DNA of 64,000 bases from the human T2T-CHM13v2.0 reference genome, Homo sapiens. The DNA lies in the NCBI RefSeq assembly GCF_009914755.1, contig NC_060943.1. One strand, given 5' to 3'. The notes below the pieces were generated by a model. It searched no databases, was not told the DNA's origin, and saw only the letters and a program-made list of their open reading frames with translations. Shown here in pieces: positions 1-31,500 of this stretch (the stretch's first letter is position 1; the number at the start of each line of letters is the position of its first letter). A program made the translations under genes and the position numbers.

Positions 1-607
1 CTCATTCGTTCATTGTTTCCTTCATTCGTTCGTCCCATGCCCTCTCGGAGCACAATGTGCTTTGCTGCCATTTCTCCAGCAGGGTAACCGAGGCTGGGAG
101 AGGCTGTCCTCCCACCCCAGACCCCCGACCTTTGTTGGATTTTCTAGATCTTCCTTAAGCATCTCCTGGGCCCTGGGGATAGGTGGGGGTGGGGGAGGCA
201 GCAGGGCCCAGGCCCAGTGTAGGTTCTTAGAGGGAGCTTGGGGGGTGCCTACCAGGAGCAGGGGGCCTGCAGCCCCTCAGTCCCGGGAGAGGGGCTAAGA
301 GTCAGAGAGGGCCAGGGCCTGCCCGAGGTGGCACAGTGGGGCTGGCAGAGCTGGGGTTCAGGCCATTTTCCATCTGGCGGCTTGGGCAGGTGGGCGCTCT
401 CTCCCCGTGTGCCCCCCACCCGGGGCCTGGTGGCCTCTGATTCACTCTCTACAAGGCTCCACCACTCTCCCGCTGTATCTCCCTCTGGGTCTCTCTGTGC
501 ATCTCTCTCTGTTTCTCCCCCTCCCCTCTCTGCGGCGGAGGTGCCTCTGCGCGCCAGGGCCAAGCGCCCTGTAAATCACCAAAGCTGGGATTCTGGCAGA
601 GTCAGCG

Positions 608-900
608 TTCTCCTCTCTCTCTCTCTCTCTCTCTGTCTCCCTCCCTTTCTCCCCCCATCTCGCTCTCTCCTCCTCTCTCCCTCTCTCCTTCTCTGTCTCC
701 CTTTCCGTCTTTCCCTCTTCCTTTCTCTCTCTCTCCCCGTCTCCCTTCTCTCCCTCTCTCCTTCTCTCTTCTCTCTCTCTTTCTCCCTCCCTACCTCCCT
801 CTCTGTTCCTCTTCTTTCTCTCTGTCTGTCTCTCTCTTTCTTTCTCCCTCCCTTCCTCTCTCTCTGTTCCTCCTCTTCTTTCTCTCTCTCTGTCTCTCTG
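608..900. repeat. Long CT-rich polypyrimidine / (CT)n low-complexity tract
   Basis: ~290 nt almost entirely C/T on the + strand. Confidence 0.95.
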
Positions 901-1620
901 AGCTGGCCTCCCTCCCTGTCTCACACCAAATGGATGGGAAATGCTGCCTGGGCCTCCTGCCCCGGACACGGCCCGCCCCCCACTCTCCTGCCTGTGTCCA
1001 CGCCGACCTCACCTGGGTGCCCATCTGCCCTGAGCACACAGCGTGCGGGCACCCAAGTCCTGACCAGTTCACATCCATGAGCACACGCTGGGCGCACACG
1101 CGTGCACACTCCCTGACACCCATACGGACGAGGACACAGCTCTGCCTGCCTCGGATCTGCCTTGATGGGGGTCACCAACACACAGACCTAGAGTGCCCCT
1201 CACATCTGCCTGAAAATCTTGCTCAGGAGGTGCCAAACCCAATATAGTACCTGGTATAGAGAAGGTGCCAAATAACTGCTATAGAGTGGTGCCAAATAAG
1301 TGTTGCTGTGCTTGTGATTGTTGCTAAACTAATTCTCCTCTTTCCTGACTCTGGTGGGTGACCTGCCCCCACCCCCGGACCGTTTCTTGCCCTGAAATGA
1401 AGTCAGCAGAAACCCCCACTTCCTCAGGGCTGCTGCAGATTCAGGGAGGCAGCACAATTTTTTTTTTTTTTTTTTTTTGAGGTAGAGTCTCGCTCTGTCG
1501 CCCAGGCTGGAGTGCAGCGGTGCGATCTTGGCTCACTGCAGCCTCCGGGGAGGCAGGACATTTCTGAGGTCCACAGTGCAGGGCTTGGTACTCAGTAGGT
1601 GCCCAATAAATACCTGTTGC

Positions 1621-1655
1621 ATGAATGAATGAATGAATGAATGAATGAATGAATG
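1621..1655. repeat. (GAAT)n microsatellite at an L2 3' tail
   Basis: atgaatgaat... run preceded by L2-type cagtaggtgcccaataaatacctgttg. Confidence 0.85.
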
Positions 1656-1937
1656 TTTTTGGTTGAGAGGCGGGACTTTGGTCTTCCCGAGCCTCCATTT
1701 CTCCGCCAACATAAAATAAAAAACATAATGGCACTTTCCTCAGAGACATCGATGTACCTTAGTCCGACACCTGGTATACAGTAGGTGCCAAATAAGTGCT
1801 GCTGTGCTTATGGTTGTTGCTAAACTAGTAATTGCATTGAACACCCCAGAGGCATTTTCCAGTTTCCCTCCCTTCCCTCTGTGTGTATTTGCGCAGCGTA
1901 AGCCCAGCTTTGGGCTGGGTGACAAGGACAGTGGTGA

Positions 1938-3281
<1,344 letters not shown>

Positions 3282-6200
3282 CCCTATTTCGTAGTAGACG
3301 TGATAGCTCAGCAAACGCTCAGCCTGTAAGAGGCACAGCCTCGCTCCCTGCCTCTCTCCTCCACCTCCTGGCCCCTCTGGCTCAGCCCTCATTGTCCTCC
3401 CAGAACATCAAGGCACAGAGGGAAGTAGGGGACCCAGGGTTCATTTTGCTGACTCACTGCCTTGGCAGAGAGTTTGAACCCTGTGGACTCAGTTTACCCA
3501 AATTCCTCACTGTGGCCCACAAGGCCCTGCCCAGCCTGTCCTTGTCCCCTCCTCAACCCTCCCCTCCTCTCTCTTTCCCCCTTGCTCATTCTGCTCCAGC
3601 CACATGGGCCTCCTCGCTGTTCCTCTAACACGCCAGGTGCGGTCCTGCCCCAGGGCCTTTGCATGACCCATTTCTCCATCAGAAAGCTCCTGGCCTGGAG
3701 TGCCATCTCTCAAGACTTTGTTCAGGTGTCTCCTCCTGCAAGAGACCTTCCTGGACCCCCCCCCCAAGCTAAAAAACACCCCCCACCCCAGAGATTCTCT
3801 GGTCCCTCAAACTCTTAAATTTCTTCAGAGCACTTTGCCCAACTTGACGTTTTATTACATATTTTGCTGATTTTAACCATCCGTCCCTGCCCCAGATCTG
3901 GATCCAGGTGAGGGCCGAGCCCAGGTCCCTGCCAAGTCCTCGGCACCCTACCTGGGACCGGCATGCAGCAGGCACTCACTAAATGTTTGCTGAGCAACAG
4001 AATGAATCTTCCCTCTCTGGGAGCCGTTCACATGTCCACAGGCTGTGATTTTCTGAGCCAGGGGAAGGAGCGGCCCAAGGTTAGAGCCTGACGCTGGTGC
4101 CGGATGGGCCTGGGGTTGTCCGTGGGACCATGGACAAGTCATCCGACCCGGAGAAGAAGGCATTAGAACTAAGGCTTTGAAGGATGCGTAGGAATTTGGG
4201 ATAAGTGCTAAGTAGGTAATGAGCTAGATTCTCATGAAGGATTGTTGAGTCACTTTTACCTGGAAACTTTTGGTTTGGAAATTGGAGTTTCTTGTCCTGG
4301 TTTGCTGGCCTGGACTTTCAGGGTGGGAGGAGCACAGGGAGGTGAGTGAGGGCATCACCCAGTGCATGGCGTGGTCGTTCAGCAAGGTCTTGGGTCCAGA
4401 TGTCTCTCCCAGCTGCTGCTGCTCTCTTTGGCCAGGAAGTCCCAGTGGGCTAAGCTGGGGTTTCCAGGAAAGACCTAGCCTTGTTCCCCTTCTCCCCATC
4501 ACCTTGCAAGGAACAAGGTCACCAGGCAAGCTCCCCTGTCTCCAGCAGGCTGCAATATTCCTTTCTGCCCATTGTACAGAATGAGAGACTGAGGCTTATC
4601 TGAGGTGATCTGTTCCCCAGCCATTCAGATGGTGAAAATAGACCTTACTGTCACCCAGCCACCTTCTCCGACAGTGGGTGCCTCAACTCTGGGCCTCAGG
4701 ATTGGAGAGGGAGAGGTGATAGAACTGGATGGTCCTGGCTAGATCTGGGAAACCCTGGGTTGAGGAGGAAAGGCTGCTTGAAGGAGGGGACACTAGAGAT
4801 AGGGCGTTGAGGGATGTGTAGGAGTTTGGGAGGATTTTCAGCATCTAGCTTGTCTTGGTTATCTCTTTTGCCGGTTGGGCCTCTGAGGGCAGTAGGAGGT
4901 CCCTGGGGAAGAGGCCCTGGTTATTGCAGGTCATGTGGGAGAAACAGAGTGACAACCGGCCAACCAGGCCCTGCCTCTCACCTGGTCTGATCCCCTGGGG
5001 AGGACAAGGGAGGATGGGGCAGCAGGTCCATGACCCAGTTACAAGCTGTTTGTCTTCCTGCCTCTGTAACTAGCCGGGGTCACCACTGACGTGGGCCCCC
5101 ACCCCTGCCCGCCTCCCTGGCACCTGTCCCCGGAAAGGGCACAGAGAAGGGGAGGAACATAGAGAAGGGAGGGACAGTTAGGGAGGAGGAAGGGAACTCA
5201 GATCTACGAGGGGCCAGATGAGAAAAGGAATTAAGAGGAGAGGGGAAGTGGGGAGGGGGAATTCAGAGAGAGAGGGGGGTTGGGGAGAGAAGGAGTTGGG
5301 GGGACAGTGATCCCTGCCCCCATCATGGATGCCTCCCCTGTCCCTTCCAGCAGCCTCTTATCACAGCCCCAGTAAGCGCCAGAGCTTGGGTGGCAGCCAC
5401 GGCCCCAGCTGGACAACATTGTCCGGGCCTCCTGCCCGCCTGGCATCTCCTCCACAGGCAGGTCCTGCGCCTCTATGGGTCCTCTCTGCCGCGTCCCACT
5501 GTGCCCCCCACCACCCCCACTGCCCGGCTTCCCTGGCCAGACCATCTGGGCTCTGGTCCCAGCTCTGCTGACCGGCTGTGTGACCCTGGACAAACCACTC
5601 CCCATCTCTGGGTCTCATCCAGTCAGGGGCAGGGACGAGATTGGACAGGGCCTGGGCCGGGCCCCCTCCACCTCCCCTTTGCCTTAGCAGGTTGGCTGGG
5701 GAAGCGGGGGCAGCGGAAAAGGGCCCTGAGGTCCGGTCCCCGCCGCAGCTGTTACGGTGACTCACGCTTTGGGGGACATTGGGGTGGGGGAGCTTCGCTG
5801 GTACAAGCTGACTCTGGTCTCACTGGGTGGGGAGGCTATTTTCAGAGCCTCAGTAATAGGTGAAATCTGATGTCCTGCCCCTCCCCCCGAAGCACCCCAC
5901 GGCCGGAGGTGGCCCAAGGGGACGTGGAGCACAGAGCAGGGAGGGTGATCTGGCAGCAGCTGCTCTGCCCATCCCGGCCTGGAAATGGGACCGAGTCCAG
6001 CCACATCCGCTGGCACACACAGTGGGAGTCCAGGGTCAACGTCTCCCTACCTTCCTGAGACCCCAATCTTACAGAGAACAGGCTGTTCTGAGAAAGGGAC
6101 CCGTGGCCTTCCAGGGGGTCAGGGCCCTGATTCTTATCCTCACACCGGCCCTGAGACCCTGTGGGACCTCAGCCAGGTCTCCGCCCCTCTCTGAGCCTTA

Positions 6201-6314
6201 GTTTCCATGCCACAGAACACGGAGCGGGGCCTCAGGCTGTTCCCTGCTTCCTGGAAGATTGTCTGCAATCAAAATGATCATCGCAGCAATCGCGTCCATA
6301 GTAATGAAAATACC

Positions 6315-11545
<5,231 letters not shown>

Positions 11546-11639
11546 GATCCTCCACAAACTTCCGCCTTGATTTGTGCCTCTCACATAGTCCAAGTCTGTT
11601 TGCTCATCTGGGCGATGGGTTCTTGCAGGTCCCTGATAA

Positions 11640-13190
<1,551 letters not shown>

Positions 13191-13507
13191 TGGTCTTGGG
13201 CACAACGGACGGCCTTGCTGGGAGCAGGGGTGAGGAGAGGAGAGGGACAGGCCATCCCAGCCCTCCGAGGAGAGAGAGCCAAGAGAGTCCTGGCACCGCT
13301 TTCTGTGAATGCTTGTTGGTTGATTGACTCTCAGACCATGCCAGCAGAGGCCTGATGAGCCTGGCCCTGCCAGAGGGGTGTTTGCCGGTGGTCAAATGCC
13401 TGATGTTGAGACCAGCTAGCTCTGTGGGGTTGAGGAAATCCAAGGCGGCTTCCCAGAGGAGGAGGTGCAGCTGAGCTCAGCTCTGCAGGATGGCCAGGCC
13501 ACAGTGA

Positions 13508-14918
<1,411 letters not shown>

Positions 14919-15628
14919 TGAGGGGGCACTGGGGACGGTGGGGGCAGAGAGGTGGGCCGGGTGACTGCCTGTTGGGAGCAGGGGCCACCGTGGGGACGGA
15001 GGTTCTCATCGTCACACAGGGCCAGACCTCTCTGCCACCACACATCTTCCTCGCCCGGGGCCCCGCCCCCACCTCCTCCGTGCTGAGCTGATACAATTTT
15101 GAAGCGAGCTTTTCTGCTGCAGTCAGCACAACCTCTGGGCGCCTCCCCACCCCCACCCTGCCCCTCCCGCCTCTGCTCAGCAGGCAGGCCTGTGCCCCAG
15201 GTCAGGTTGGCCTCTCTGAGTGAAGGCTGCACCCTCCCTTGCCCCCAGCCTGCCCCCTTCATCCCCAAGGGAATCCCTGCTTCAATTGGCCCCAGCAGGC
15301 CACACCCTCCCCCAATTGGCCCCAGCAGGGCACACCCCCCCCCAACCCTCCCACCTGCCCACTGCGGGTGCTCCAGCTCCTCATGGGGGTAAGAGCTGGG
15401 CCTGGACTCCAACCCCAGCTCAGCTGCCCACTGGCTGGGTGATGTGGGGCCAGTCACTCACCCTCTCTGTGCTTCATTTCCTTGTCTATAAACTGGGGGG
15501 CTCAAAACTGGTTGCCTTGTGGGAAATGTCAAGTGCCCAGGGTGAGAGCTCAGTAAACCACCCACAAGGCATCGTGAAGACCAGGCACTAGGCAGGGGGC
15601 TAGGGCCCTTGGTGGTTATCGTTACTAA

Positions 15629-20140
<4,512 letters not shown>

Positions 20141-20824
20141 AAGAATGCTCATTTCCTCCCTGGATTCTCTCCCCAACCCCAGGAGGGAAGGAGGGAGGTC
20201 CCAGTGCCGCCGTGAAACCCTACACCTCCTTTTCCCAACCCAGTGAGCCAGTGGGGGCACCGTGACCCAGGAGTGGCTGTCACCAGAAGCTGGACCAAGT
20301 CACCCTTTCCAGGTGTCTGGACAGCAGAGGGGTGAGGGGTTCCTGGCAGCAGCAGCCTGTTATCCCCCAGGGCTGGGCAGCCAGGTGTGCCAGCCGTCTG
20401 TCTGTGCAGAGAAGGTGGCTGCCGGGCGTGAGTCGCAGACGCCAGCTGATGGTGTATTTATAGCAACGGCAGGAGTCCGCGGGGCATACGTCAGTGGTAA
20501 AGAGGGACGGGCAGGTGGGGGTCCAGCTCCCACAGCAGACAAGAGCCCACCGGGACTGGCCAGGGAGCTGAACAGAGTGTCAGGGAGAATGAGGGGCATG
20601 TTGTGCAGCCGGGAGGCCCAGGATCACACCCCTCTGCTCTGGAACTGCGTGATGTTTGACAAGTGACATTGCAGCTGTGGGCCTCAGTTTCCTCCCCCAT
20701 CAAATGGGGATGATAATAATCCTGCCCACCTAATAGGGCTGCATAGGATCCAATTAGTGCATGAAAAGCATGAGGACAGGGCCTGGTATACAGTAAGCAC
20801 TCAAAAGTGATTTGTTGCCTAAAA

Positions 20825-21450
<626 letters not shown>

Positions 21451-21638
21451 TGTAGTTCTGGTTGTGAATAATGATAATAACAAGTAATAATATTATATCT
21501 ATGGCCGGCTGTGGTGGCTTACGCCTGTAATCTCAGCACTTTGGGAGGCTGAGGCGGGAAGATGACTTGAGGTCAAGAATTCGAGACCAGCCCAGCCAAC
21601 ATGGTAAAACCCTGTCTCTAATAAAAATACAAAAATTA

Positions 21639-21941
<303 letters not shown>

Positions 21942-22198
21942 TTATATATGTAACAATGTAATAATTAGTAATATGTCATATATAATCATGGAACAATAAA
22001 TAAGAAAAATAGTGTCTGCGGTGACAGCACAGTAGTTATTATTGTCGTTATCATGATCGTCATCACTGTGGTTCTCGTCCAGCTCTGCCCTGCAGACAGC
22101 TGTGTAACCCTGGGTGAGTTTCTTGCCAGCTCTGTGCTTTACTGCCTCATCTGTGAATTGAGCATAGGGGGTGCCTAGCAATTTAAATGAGATAATAG

Positions 22199-22510
<312 letters not shown>

Positions 22511-22994
22511 TGAGATAATATCTATGAAAAAACTAACCCTTTGCATGTGATGAGTGCTGGGAACTGGTAGGCTCTTTGAGGAGTAGGTCCTCCCACCACC
22601 CCGCAGACGCCCCTACCCAGCAGAATGCTGGTTTCTGCATGAATGCATTTGTGTGGGGACTCCCGAGACAGCCCCTGAGGGAGCCCTCATTCACCCGGGT
22701 GGGGCCCGGCCCTCCCAGAGCCAGTGGGAGGGGGAGGCGCCTTGTTGCACCTGTGATGCCCCCCGTTATGGCTGGGCTGCAGTTGTCACCCTGGCCCTGT
22801 GCCTGGGAAGCCAAGGGGAGGCTGAGGGCAGCTAGGGACAGCTCTGTGCCCACGGCCCCCTCCAGCCAGCTGCCAGGCCAGCCCCCTCCCTCCAGCTGGG
22901 CGAGGGCAGGAAGTCACAGATGGTCAGGGTTGGTGAGGGGTGAAGCAGAGGGCATTTGGGGACACCGGATGTCTCGTCCAGATGGGGAAACTGA

Positions 22995-23288
<294 letters not shown>

Positions 23289-23845
23289 TGACCTCGTGAT
23301 CCACCCACCTCGGCCTCCCGAATTGCTGGGATTACAGGTGTGAGCCACCGCGCCCAGACTAAGTCCCATCTTTAGGTCCGCTTGGCTGTTCCACGGCCAC
23401 CTGGAGGGGAGGTAGGGCCAGCAAGGAGGGACCCTAGGGTCTCAGGGCAGAAGATCTGCCGGAGGAGAGGGAGAAGGGGGTTCTGAGGGGAGGAAGACGC
23501 GAGAATCTCAACGCTGAAGTGGTTTCTAGATTCTCCAGGGCATGAGTCCTGAAATCCCCAAGGCCTGAGTTCTAGAACTTCTTCCACTGGGGCCCTGACC
23601 ACACAGGTGATTCTAGAATTCTCCTAGGTGAGTTCCAGACCCAGGGGGCCAGGAGAAATAGAATGTTGGCTGGGCGTGGTGGCTCACACCTGTAATCCCA
23701 GCACTTTGGGAGACCGAGGAGGGCAGATCACTTGAGGTCAGGATTTCAAGACCAGCCTGACCAACATGATGAAACCCAGTCTCTACTAAAAATACAAAAA
23801 TGAGCCGGGCGTGGTGGCGCGAACCTGTAATCCCAGCTACTCTCA

Positions 23846-24760
<915 letters not shown>

Positions 24761-24783
24761 GCTAAGACATCTGAGTTCCAGAG

Positions 24784-25111
24784 CAGGGGTTCCCGACCCC
24801 CGGGCCACAGACGGGTTCCGTGCCTGGGAGGAACCTGGCCACTCAGCAGGAGTTGAGCTTAGGGCAAGTGACCATTCTCACCTGAGCTCCACCTCCCGTC
24901 AGATCAGCGGGCGGCTCTGGGTGCCCCTACGAGCATGAACCCCATGGTGAACTGAACATAGGAGGGATCCAGGTTGCGTGCTCCTTAGGAGAATCTGACT
25001 AATGTCTAATGTCTAGTTTCATCCCAGAACCATCTCCCCACTCACCCCGTCCCTGGAAAAATTGTCTTCCATGAAATCGGTCCCTGGGGCCAAGAAGGTT
25101 GGAGGCTGCTG
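24784..25111 (+). mobile_element. MER1B hAT-Charlie MITE, full length, with perfect 8-bp TSD
   Basis: Starts CAGGGGTTCCCGACCCCCGGGCC and ends AAGGTTGGAGGCTGCTG; internal ctgagctccacctcccgtcagatcagc and ggaaaaattgtcttcca; TTCCAGAG on both sides (24776-24783 and 25112-25119). Confidence 0.9.
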
Positions 25112-25387
25112 TTCCAGAGAATTCGGAAGCAGATCTCCAGTCTCCCAAGTTGGGTTCTCGAAAACGTGAGGGCAGGTTCTAGACCTTCCAAACTGGTTGC
25201 TTGAAAATCCAAGGAGGCTGGGCGCGGTGGCTCACACCTGTCATCCCAGCACTTTGGGAAGCCGAGACGGGCGGATCTCCCGAGGTCAGGAGTTCGAGAC
25301 CAGCCTGGCCAACGTGGTGAAACCCCATCTCTACTAAAAATACAAAAATCAGCCAGGTGTGGTGGTGCACACCTGTAATCCCAGCTA

Positions 25388-25534
<147 letters not shown>

Positions 25535-25567
25535 TCACTGCAGCCTTCAACTCCCAGGTTCAAGTGA

Positions 25568-26072
<505 letters not shown>

Positions 26073-26392
26073 TGACAGGCATGAACTACCATGCCCGGCC
26101 TTATTTTTATTTTTCGTAGACAGGAGGTCTCACTATGTGGCCCATGCTGGGATTTCAGGCTCTTTGAGCTTTCTTCCATATTGGTTAGGGCTGGAGCAGG
26201 ACTCCACTGTGGCGGGAGGTATTTGGGCGCAAGGAGAGCAGTTGTGAGGACTGGTGGTGACCCCCAGTTACTGTCTGTTGTGCTTTGGATGCTGGGCACG
26301 GGAAGCCTGGCTGTAAGTGTGTGTTTCCGGGCCGGGCGCGGCGGCTCACGCCTATAATCCCAGCACTTTGGGAGGCTGAGGTATGCGGATCA

Positions 26393-26674
<282 letters not shown>

Positions 26675-26677
26675 TCA

Positions 26678-27145
<468 letters not shown>

Positions 27146-29453
27146 CTAGTGGGAGGCAGGGGTGTGTCTGCATGCGTGTCTGGGGTGCATTGTGGGGGGA
27201 TTGCAGGCGTATTGAGGGCTTACCAAGTGCCTGGCTCATCTGAGCCCTCAGGAAACCACATTGTTGGCAGCTACCTCACCGTCTCACAACCACCCGCTGA
27301 GGTTGGAATGATCATTAACAGCATTTAACAGATGGGGAAACTGAGGCCTAGAGAGGCAAAGTCACTGGCCTAAGGTCACATAGCTAAGGAGCACAGTCAG
27401 GATTTAAATCCAAGCCTGGGAGATCCCAGGACCCACAGTGGGCACCACATAAAGGGGCTGTTTGGGGTATGGCAGGGACTGCCCTGGAACGTTCCGGATC
27501 CTGCCTTTGGGCCTACAGGGCTTTGGTGCCGGTGAGCAGGCCGCAGGTTCAGCTGGCTCAAGGAGCAGCTTCAGGGCTGCAGCCAGGCTGGGGGCTGGGC
27601 AGGTCTCAAACCCCTGGACCTGGGGAATCAGGGAGGTGTGAGCTGCATCTGAGGTCGGGTGTCTCTGTGACTCTGTCTCTGTCTCTCTACCTCTGATTCT
27701 CCCCAGGCTGCCTTGTCTCAGTCCCTGTCTATTCCCACCCCACCTCGCTCTCTCTCCCGGCCTTGCGAGTCTCCTCCCAGCCCCCCATCCCACCCAGTGG
27801 GCTGCCCGGAGGTGGCGGCAACGGGGCAGCTGAATGGGCCTCTTGTTCCTGGCCACACCCGCCCCTTGGGGTCACCCTGGGACATGCCCAGGCAGCGTGG
27901 CTACCTTAAAGGGCCAGTGCTCAGAAAGAATGTGAGCGGGGGAGGCTGCGTCCACTCCCAAATCCCACACCCTCCCCAAGGTGGACCACTCATGTGTCTG
28001 ACGGGGGTGGGGAGCTGTGTACCTACACACCCTCGTGGCTTGGGGGAGGCCTGTCTGGAGCAGGAGATGTGATAGGGTTTGGGTTTGACCTTGGATAAAT
28101 CCCTTCATCTCTCTGTGCCTCAGTTTCCCCATCTAGATCAGGGGGCTCCTTGGTGCCACCCCTGTGGGTTGCTGGGCAGATGGCATATTATCCAGGATTT
28201 TGCACACAGTTGACACTCTTCCGGCGCCCACTGTGCATTGATAGAGCACCTGCTGTTTCAGCCCAGCATTCATCCGCCGTGCAGACTTGGCAATTCCTTC
28301 TTCACCTTGCTCCGTGCCTCAGTTTCCCCAAATGCAGAATGAGGCGATGGCTGTCTTAGCTTCACAGAGAGCTACGCAAGGATTGAGTCGGTTCGTGGAA
28401 TTAGAGGGTATTAGGGAGAAGGGCCTGAAACACTGCCAAGTGTCACCTCCACTGGCGCACTTATTGAGCGCCAGCTGCATACCAGGCCTTGCTGAGGAAG
28501 CCTCACTGCAGAGGTTGCAGTGAGCTGAGAGGGAAAGGCCACCCAGCCTGGATCTCACTCTGGTGTCATCGCCTCCTCCCTCTGCTCAGGGTTGTGCAGC
28601 TTCAGGCTGCTCCCCTGCCCTCTCTGGGCCTCAGTTTCACCTTCAGAGCAACGGGAACAGCCCCATCCTTTCACACACTGGAAACCATCACCTTCTTCTG
28701 CCTGGGAGGGGGTTGTGCTGTCTCTGGGAATCCCAGGCATCCCCCAGGCAGGAGTCAACCCAGAGGCCCTCGGACCCGGGCTGTACCCTGTGACAGCTCC
28801 GGGTGGCTACGACGCTCCCGTGCTCCAGGCCAGCCCCACAGACAGCCCGGGACAGGTTGCTGCCGGATGGACAAGCCTGTGCCTCGCTGCCTTATGTAAC
28901 CAGTTTATGCAAGGGCAGCCGGCCCGCTTACATAAGGGGAGGCCGGGCCAGCGCCCAGCTGGGGAGGGGGAGGCTCTTAAAGGGACCGGCGTCCCCCGCG
29001 GCTCCCTCCACGGGCACTGGTGCGAATTCATAGGCGAGCTGCGGACTCCACCCTCAGCAAGGCCGCCATTAATGTCGTTATGATTATTTTTGTGGATGTT
29101 GTTTATCATCACTATATTCTTTCCCCAGGGCGGGGGTTCAGCTGAGCGGAGGACCACGCCCAGTGCTTGGGCAGAGGCTTGGGCTGTGACGCTGGCTCTG
29201 GGTGTCACCTGGTTAAGTCCCTGTCTCTGAGCCTCAGCCTCCCCTTCTGCACAGTGGGGCAATGCAGGAAGACGTGAGGTCCTGGAGGGTCCTGGCCCTG
29301 CTGCCTGTTCACTGTGTGGCCTCAGGCAGGTGGCATCCCCTCTCTGGGCCTCAGTTTCCCCATCTATAAAATAGCGCCTGCTCTGTGGGGTTGCTGAGGG
29401 AGAGTCAATAAGACATATTAAGAGTTTACATGCCCGCCAGGCATGGTGGCTCA

Positions 29454-29789
<336 letters not shown>

Positions 29790-29865
29790 TCACTTGAGAT
29801 CAAGAGTTCCAGACCAGCCTGGCCAACAAGGGGAAACCCCGTCTCTACTAAAAATACAAAAATTA

Positions 29866-30182
<317 letters not shown>

Positions 30183-30510
30183 TTAGGACAGCACGGAGCA
30201 CAGACACTGTCAGCACTCATCCAGTGGAACCACTTTGCAGCCAATAAATATTTAGTAAGCTCCTACTGTATGCCAGGCACTGCTCCAGGCGCTGGGATAC
30301 TGCAGTGAACAGGACAGATAAAAATTCGGCCCTGGCCAGGCACGGTGGCTCACACCTGTAATCCCAGCACTTTGGGAGGCTGAGGTGGGCGGATCATGAG
30401 GTCAGGAGATCGAGACCATCCTGGCTAACATGGTGAAACCCCGTCTCTACTAAAAATACAAAAAAAATTAGCCAGGCGTGATGGCAGGTGCCTGTTGTCC
30501 CAGATCCTCA

Positions 30511-30690
<180 letters not shown>

Positions 30691-31039
30691 TCAGTTTAGG
30701 CTTAGTGCGGTGGCTCACGCCTGTCATCCCAGCACTGTGGGGGGCCGAGGCGGGCAGATCACCTGAGGTCAGGAGTTCAAGACCAGCCTGGCCAACATGG
30801 TGAAACCCCGTTCCTACTAAAAATACAAAACATTAGCCAGGCATAGCGGTATGCGCCTGTAATCCAGCCACTGGCAGGGGCTGAGGCAGGAGAATCGCTT
30901 GAACCCGGAAGGCGGAGGTTGCAGTGAGCCGAGATTGTACCACTACACTCCAGCTGGGGCCACAGAGCGAGACTCCGTCTCAAAAAATAATAATAATAAA
31001 AATAAAAAGAAATAAATGTCAGTTTAGCGATAAGGACTA

Positions 31040-31500
31040 TCAAGAAAAATAAAGAAGGCCAAAGGAAAAGAGGCTGATGGGCTGTGCTGGGGAGGTCCCT
31101 GAAAGGCTGTCTGAGGACCTGACATTTGAGCTGAGACCTGAGAAGTGAGGAGGAACCAGTTATATGAAGAACTGGGGGAAGGCGTTCCAGGCAGAGGGCA
31201 CAGCCCGTGCAAAGGCCCTGCGGCAGGACACACCTGGCACTTTGGAGGAACAGTGAGGAGGCCTGTGTGGCTGCAGCAGAGTGAGGAGAGGAAGAGAAGG
31301 AGGAGGGGAGGGCAGTTTGTGCAAGGCCTGGTGGGCAGTAGGAAGGACTTGGGCTTTGACCCCAAGGCAGGTGGGAGCCATAGAGGGCTATGGGCAGAGG
31401 AGGGACCAGCCCTGACTCAGGTGCTCACAGGCACCCTCTGCCTGCTGCAGGGAGGACAGACTGGGGGGGGTGAGGGCAGGAGCTGGGGACCAGGGCAGAG
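31040..31500 (-). mobile_element. L2-derived segment (GTGCAAAGGCCCTG family); sister copies at ~3510-3720, 32800-33080, 36960-37230, 40490-40800, 56620-57040 and 59950-60005
   Basis: gacatttgagctgagacctga...ttccaggcagagggcacagcccgtgcaaaggccctg...ggaacagtgaggaggcc...gagcagagtgag reads as the reverse complement of the L2 3' region. Confidence 0.7.

Noticed and set aside
238-1080. 280-aa Leu/Ser-rich ORF and antisense Arg/Glu-rich ORF
   Set aside because: Translations of the CT/GA low-complexity tract.
3450-5764. Isolated AP-1 heptamers TGA(C/G)TCA at 3450, 4246 and 5758
   Set aside because: Frequency is compatible with chance, with no clustering.
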